DNA from: Pachysolen tannophilus NRRL Y-2460
Taxonomy: Eukaryota
Direction of reading: 5' to 3'
Assembly: GCA_001661245.1 (NCBI GenBank)
Contig: KV454014.1
Coordinates: 227,559 to 291,558 of the forward strand
DNA length: 64,000 bases
Shown here: positions 57,931 through 64,000 of the stretch, piece by piece
How the letters are laid out: each line of letters opens with the position of its first letter
Position numbering within the stretch: the stretch's first letter is position 1
The notes under the pieces: generated by a model
The model's database searches: none
What the model saw: only the letters and a program-made list of their open reading frames with translations
What the model was told of the DNA's origin: nothing
Made by a program: the position numbers and the translations under genes

Positions 57931-59128
57931 TCAACTCTTCATTCCGATCTTGAAAGATCTCAATTGCTCCAAGACCAAGAAAGTCAAGATGGTTTGGGGT
58001 CCCAATCTTACAAATGCCGGTACCCAACCTCTAAACATGAATCCAACACCTTCAACTTTAACAGCATTTAGTATGATTTCCAAAGGGCGGACATTACCGG
58101 AGGAGCCAGCACCAGAAACACCAGAAACACCAGAAACACCAGAACCGGCAGCAGAAGTTGGATGGTTGGACATTATCCTAGTTTTCACTACATCTGCTGG
58201 AGAACAAACTGTTGTTGCAACGAAACCTGCAGTAAGAGATGAAGTGAAATGTGTGACTTTACTTTTTTCATCCATTTGGAATTCTTCAACAGAAATTTTT
58301 TTAACAACATCATAAGTAACCACTTGTGAAGTTGTCATTAATATTCCTCTAGTTAAATTTGGACCTAAACCTTTGAAAAAAGCAGTAAAACCTTCTTCTT
58401 TAGCAATTCTATATAATCCATCAAACAGATTAGAATAATTTCTTCTCTTATCCAATGGCATTGATAAATCATTTTGCATTCTTATATTGACAACATCTGC
58501 TGGATTTCCAACTAAACCACCAATTGCACCTGAAACCATTGATGCAGGTAATAATATAACATTTGAAGGTTGTTTCCCATCATTTTTTGTGAAAAGATCT
58601 TTTAAATATTCATAAGTTCCAAATCTAGTGGTTGAATAAGTTGCTTGTCTTAATAATGCAGCACTTAACCCTGCATATAAACTTGTAAAACCTTCATCTT
58701 TAATTATTAATCCAATTGTTTTCAATAACCCAATTTCTCTATTAGGAGCAGTTTGTAATCTAACTTTGGCCAAATCTAAAGGATGTGTAAAACAACATGC
58801 AACCATTGAAGCAAAACCTATCAATTTACAAATTACAATTTGAAAGAAATTAGTTAACTCATCTCTAAAAACCAAAAAAAAAAAAAAAAAACCACATTAA
58901 TGGAAACAATAATTACAACAAAATTTTACTTACCTCCATACCAAAAACTAATATATAGTTAGTCATCAACTACAAACAGCAAAACAGCAAAAAAAAACGA
59001 TTCAATTCAATTTTTCCAATCTCAAATCAAAAAACTTTAACTTACGGATAATTGAGTTTTTCTTGATGAGGAACAGGAGATGAACAAATCTCCAACGTAT
59101 CTTCATCCGGAGTTTCAATCAAAGACAT
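57931..59128 (-). CDS. DIC1: Mitochondrial dicarboxylate carrier; exons 59128-59046, 58947-58934 (14 nt), 58817-57931
   Basis: The spliced product reads KLNYP-FWYGG-FASMVACCFTHPLDLAKVRLQ; three PxDxxK/N carrier motifs; two GTAAGT...(G/A)ACTAA(C/T)...TAG introns. Confidence 0.92.
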
Positions 59129-59182
59129 TTTCCAATTCTCAATCTTTCAATTGACAACATACACAAATGACATAAAAGATAC

Positions 59183-59185
<3 letters not shown>

Positions 59186-59215
<30 letters not shown>
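59186..59215. repeat. (TA)n microsatellite / TATA region upstream of DIC1
   Basis: About 15 TA dinucleotides. Confidence 0.8.
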
Positions 59216-59218
<3 letters not shown>

Positions 59219-59405
59219 GAAGATTTTAATTATACATAAAGGTGGGCTATAAGAGGATAAAGACCTAAAACTTCTTTTCTCGGTCAACTGATGAATCACA
59301 ACTTACTCTACTCAATCCATCCAATTACTCATCTATTTTAGATTTGGTACAATCCATTTTCTTCGGACATAAAGATTTTTTCCATTTGGCGGGGGCGAGG
59401 TGGGG

Positions 59406-59624
59406 CTACTCCCAAGGGATGCGCGCGAGTTTCTCCGCTTTTTTCTTTCTTTTTTTCTTCATCTTTTTGGGCGGACCTTTATGGGCGGAACTATTTTGAA
59501 AAAATAAATACAAGCGGTGCAAAACAACACAAGTTGCAACTGCAAAAAACAGTAGCACAAGTATTAAAAGAGTATAGTTGTAGCTGGAACTAGTGCTATA
59601 GCTGCTTTTCTTTTCATTTGCCAT
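59406..59624 (-). CDS. Candidate small single-pass membrane protein (72 aa)
   Basis: AAAATGG start context, hydrophobic segment, then a Lys-rich tail GPPKKMKKKRKKKAEK; could instead be DIC1 promoter sequence. Confidence 0.3.
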   Translation of the reverse strand: MANEKKSSYSTSSSYNYTLLILVLLFFAVATCVVLHRLYLFFQNSSAHKGPPKKMKKKRKKKAEKLARIPWE

Positions 59625-59899
59625 TTTTCAACGTTTCGTCTCTTATTGTACAAAATATTTTTTTTCATTGTCGCACGGCTGAATTTTTTTTTTTTTCAAA
59701 GGTGCGGCAGCAGCAGCATCAGCGGCTACATTGCAGTTATAATGTTTAATACCTCTTTCTCTTTATTATTATTTTAATTTTATTCATTTGATTCATTTGA
59801 TTCATTTGATTCATTAAAACTAGCAAATAATGGTGATAAATTAACTTTACCATGATTTTCTGGTTGTACAAGTTTTGGAGCTGGTATTTCTTGTAATTT

Positions 59900-61470
59900 T
59901 TATGATTCTTTTAATTTTTTTGGTTCTTGTAATAATTTCTCTGATTTTTCAAGTGTAATTACATCTGATTTTTTTTCATCAAATTGATTTAAATTTAAAT
60001 TATCTTTATCAAAGATAAATTTAATTTCAAAATCATTTAAAAGAAATGTTTCTGGGAAAAAAATTAAAATAATACAACAACTAATTAAACATAATATAGC
60101 TAATAATATGAAAAATCCCCAATTTAAAAATTTTAATAAAAAAGGGGTACTAAAAGATATTAAACCATTGGTAAACCATGAAACACTTAAAACTAATGCA
60201 GTTCCTTTAGTTCTTAAACTTGATGGAAAAATTTCAATTGAATAAATCCATCCAGTTGTAGATACAGTCGATGCAAAAACGGCAACAAATAAAAATGAAA
60301 ATGCCAATATAAAAGATGATGATGGATTAGTTCCTTCCATATCTTCATTTGAAATCATTAATTGTTTATTGTTTAAAATTGAAATCATTAAACCAATACA
60401 AAAATGACATATACCTAATATAAATATACCAAAAACTATTGTGTCTTTTCTTCTTATACCATCTAATAATAAAATGGGGAAAATTGTAAAAATTATATTA
60501 ATACAATATTGTATTGACATGTCAAATAAACCTGTATGATCATCTGATATATTTAAAACTTCATAAAAATATCCAAGATAAAATAAATGTAAATTGAAAT
60601 TAATAATTTGAACAATAAACAGTGTTCCAACTCCAACAAGAGTATTTTTATATAATTTTTTTGAAAATAAATCTAAAAATGATGAATTTGCAGTACTTTG
60701 ATTATATTCTTCCAAAACTTTTTCTACCGTACCTTTCAATTGATTAAAACTAGTTGCACTTTTATTTCCTTCAAATCTCAGCTTAAGCTTAAACTGTTGC
60801 TCTTGTTGCAGATCTTGTTGTTGCTCTTGTTGCTCTTGTTGTTGTTGTCGCCGCAGGTATCCTGTACTCTCTGGAACGTTATCCCTAATTCTTTCCAATA
60901 CTTTAGCTGCATCACCCCATCTTGATGTTGCAGCTAAAAACTTTGGGGATTCTGGTAAGAAAAAAGCCAAGATAAGTAAGAAAATTGAAGGTAACATTTC
61001 AAGTGCCCAAGAAAGTCTAAATGAAAAATTTTTTGTAATTAATATACTGCCATAATTTATCAAATATTTTAACAAAATCCCCCAAGCACAGGACCATTGA
61101 ACCACAGATAAAATTAAACCTTTCTTAGAGTAAGGTATAACTTCAAAAACATAAACAGATAAACTACAACTGAAAACACCATTTGCAACTCCTTTAATCA
61201 ATCTTCCGGAAATTAACATCCAGATATTAGTTGAATATATTCCAACAAGTGCTAGGTATAATAATAATAATAAAAAAAAAAATTGGTTAGTTCTTGTAAA
61301 ATTTCAATGTAGTATTAATAAATCATTTATACATACACCCACAAATCCAAAATAGTGACGATACTTGAAACGATGATACTCGACCAATCAAATCAAGTAA
61401 TATAATAGAAATTAAACTTCCAGCTTTAAAAGAAAGGTGTTAGTGATATTACTTTTTTTTTTTCTTTTAG

Positions 61471-61503
<33 letters not shown>

Positions 61504-61707
61504 ACTGAGGTAATAAGTACCTAATGCTCCAATTTGATTTGTAATAGACATAAACTCTTCTAATTTGTAAATTGCATGATTATTCAGAGTCCTAAACTGT
61601 CTTAATTCTAAGAAAGATGGCAATTTCAATGAATCCAGATTCAAATAAATACCACCAAGCGTAATTATCAAAGTAACCGCAAGAACGTTATAAGTTTTTG
61701 GGAACAT
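59900..61707 (-). CDS. Divergent Hgt1-like sugar porter (MFS); exons 61707-61521, 61423-61337, 61251-59900
   Basis: PKTYNV N-terminus, DLIGR, GRLIKG, SVYVFEV, LPESPKFL, WIYSIEIFPSSLRTKG, FFPET. Introns GTACTT...CACTAAC...AAG and GTATGT...AACTAAC...TAG are phase-compatible. Confidence 0.75.
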
Positions 61708-61940
61708 TTTTAAAAAAATTAACTGCTGATATTATTAAAGAACAAACAATATCAAGTTGACTAAAGATATGAGAAAAAAATTTTTTCTTTTCAATTAGAT
61801 TTAGAATTAGAATTAGAAATGGGAATGGGAATGGATCACTGAATTAACCATCCATTTTTTTTAAAACTGTTGCACAAAAGTACAATTTATTTGATGACGC
61901 CGCATGCGGATGAAAATTATGCATTAAACTACATATAAAA

Positions 61941-64000
61941 TTAAGTCTCCCACAATTCTCTCCAAGTTATGTTTTTTCTAACAGCATTAGAGAAACCTTC
62001 ATTATATTTAACCCAAATACGTGTAGCTTCTTCTTTATGTGGTTTTGATTCATTTGAAGTTTTTTCAACATTTGAAAAATCTTTATATTTATTTTTGAAA
62101 AAATCAGCGCTATTGACAAATTTTTTCTCATTATTATTAACTTTAGGATTTTTATTTTCTTTATCTTGATCAGTAACATCTCTTTTCCTCTTTAATGTAT
62201 TTAATTTTGATAATTGTTCTATGAAAAATGGATACATCGATAGTCTCTTTGCTGCTAATTGTTTTAAGGAAGCTTCTGAAAATGGAATCATGTTATCTAT
62301 AGGAGGAGAAAGTGTCAAGTAATAAATACCATTTTCATCTTTTTTGTTTTCAATTCTGAATCCAAATTCTTTAATTGTAGCAATGGCACAATCAACTTTG
62401 TTTCTTTCCAATTCTTTAATGTTGTGTCTTGTTGATTTTAAATTAGGTGTTAAAATTGATGATAAATAAGGTAGTAGTTGTGTGGACAAAATTGAAACAT
62501 TTAAATTTGATTTAATGGTAATCGATTGGATATTATTTAATAAATTTTTTTGTAAATCAAGATTAGACCTTTTCGCTTCATAAAATTCATAATCAGATTT
62601 TGGTTTTAATTGTTTTTCTCTATTATATGGATCACTAAAAGAGTTAAAAAATTTCATTGGAACGTGACCACAATAAGACAGCAAGGCTAAATTTTGTAAA
62701 TTATAACTTGATTTATACATTATATCATGGAAATATAACCAATCACCAATTTCATCTGGTTTAGATAATAAATCATCTTGATATTCAACGTCATGGTATA
62801 AACTAAAACATCCATTAACTACTTTATCGTAGTTACCACTTGTTATAACTATTTTTTGTAAATTTTCAAATTGTTGTTTTTTAATTTGTTTTGGATTTCT
62901 TTGAAAAATTTCTTTAACTATAGTAAACCAATTAATTTGAAAATCTTTTTTCCTTGATTCATCATCATTGTTTGAAATTCCAAATTGTAATAAATTTAAA
63001 CAACTTCTAATATCACAATTTGATATAGAAACAATATCATTTAAATCTTTATGATCTATTTTAATTTTTTCTTCTTGACATATTTTCCTTAATCTTTCTT
63101 TAACTGTTCTTTCTAAAGGTTTTTTAAATGAAACAATTTCTGCAAATGGTCTTAATTTTTCTAAAGAATGAGCAAATAAATCATTACATATACATATGAT
63201 TGGTCTCATTAACAATTTTGAATTATCTTTTTTATTTTTAATTTTTTATTTTTTAATGAAAAAATTGCTCTTGAATCATTATAAATTAAATCTGTTAAAA
63301 CTTTAATAAACCCATTTTCAGTAGTACCATCAATTTCATCACAAACAAGACAAATAGGTTTACCACTAAAAGTTTGAGTACTTAAAGAATTAATTATTTT
63401 ATCTTTAACTCTTTGACCAGCTCTTTCATCACTTGCATTAATTTCCATAATTTCATAACCTGCTTGTTTTGCTACAATATGAACAACACTTGTCTTACCA
63501 ATTCCTGGTGGTCCATGTATCAATAAGATTTTCTTTTCAGGTCTATCAAATGGATCAACTTCATATAATTTAGGTACCATATTTCCCATGGACCCATTGG
63601 ATCCAATGGGTTTAACAGATCCCAGAGATCCAACAGGCTTCAAAGATCCAACTGATCCCAGAGGTCCTTGCAAAGTCAGTGATTTTTTAACATTTTCTGG
63701 AATCACTTTTTCATCAAATACAGCTTTTGACCAACGCCGAAGCCAACGCAAGATAAATCTATTTGTCTTTTCATTTCCAACCAAATCGAAAAAAGTCTTT
63801 GGTCTCCATTTTTCTGCCCATAAAATATCTTGTTGATTTGCCGGCGGGCTTTCCAGCGGGCTTTCCGGCAAATTCTCCGGCAGATTCACCAGTGGATTTT
63901 CCGGTGGATTCCTCAGCTTGGTCTTTTTTTTTCTTCCAATATATCCAACAACTTATTTATATCTATTCCTACCCCATCATTTGCATCCATCACATCGTTA
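61941..64000 (-). CDS. CTF18: Ctf18 RFC-like clamp loader subunit, 5' part beyond the window; one-base frameshifts at ~63242-63247 and ~63924-63932
   Basis: GIDINKLLD, LWAEKWRPKTFFDLVGNEKTNR, GPPGIGKT, EINASDER, CDEIDG, RPIICICND, C-terminal WVKYNEGFSNAVRKNITW. Confidence 0.94.
63841..63912 (-). repeat. Degenerate 12-bp GC-rich coding tandem repeat in CTF18
   Basis: Units such as CCGGAAAATCCA, CCGGAGAATTTG, CCGGAAAGCCCG and CTGGAAAGCCCG. Confidence 0.7.

Noticed and set aside
57857..58315. 152-aa + strand ORF with PETPETPE
   Set aside because: Antisense to DIC1; the repeat is the DIC1 GVS insertion read on the other strand.
1..64000. CRISPR arrays, prokaryotic operons, rRNA/tRNA genes, intact transposons, or an HO-like endonuclease or recombinase
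   Set aside because: The window is eukaryotic with spliceosomal introns; none of these signatures was seen.

Overview
AT-rich budding-yeast (Saccharomycotina) nuclear DNA, not prokaryotic. CTG codons fall at conserved Ala positions in Rad50, Mef1 and Mpa43, indicating the CUG-Ala genetic code; the organism is consistent with Pachysolen tannophilus or a relative (inference). The first 11 kb hold all four mating-type genes (MATalpha1, MATalpha2 with 4 introns, MATa2, MATa1) ending in a 5'-truncated but open SLA2 copy. This is the architecture of a flip/flop (inversion) mating-type switch whose other repeat arm should lie just left of the window. The rest contains MET14, OPY1, JEN1, STE20, MIF2, MRT4, UFD4, MEF1, MPA43, RAD50, CRS1, YIP5, MMS1, FYV7, PET309, SPC3, ASA1, DIC1, a degenerate sugar porter and CTF18. 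A spliced non-coding host transcript carrying box C/D snoRNAs snR41, snR70 and snR51 lies at 44.7-45.5 kb. About 15 introns were read by hand. Four single-base frameshifts in A-runs (RAD50, CRS1, CTF18 x2) are probably assembly errors. Orthology calls rest on motif recognition from memory; no database searches were run.
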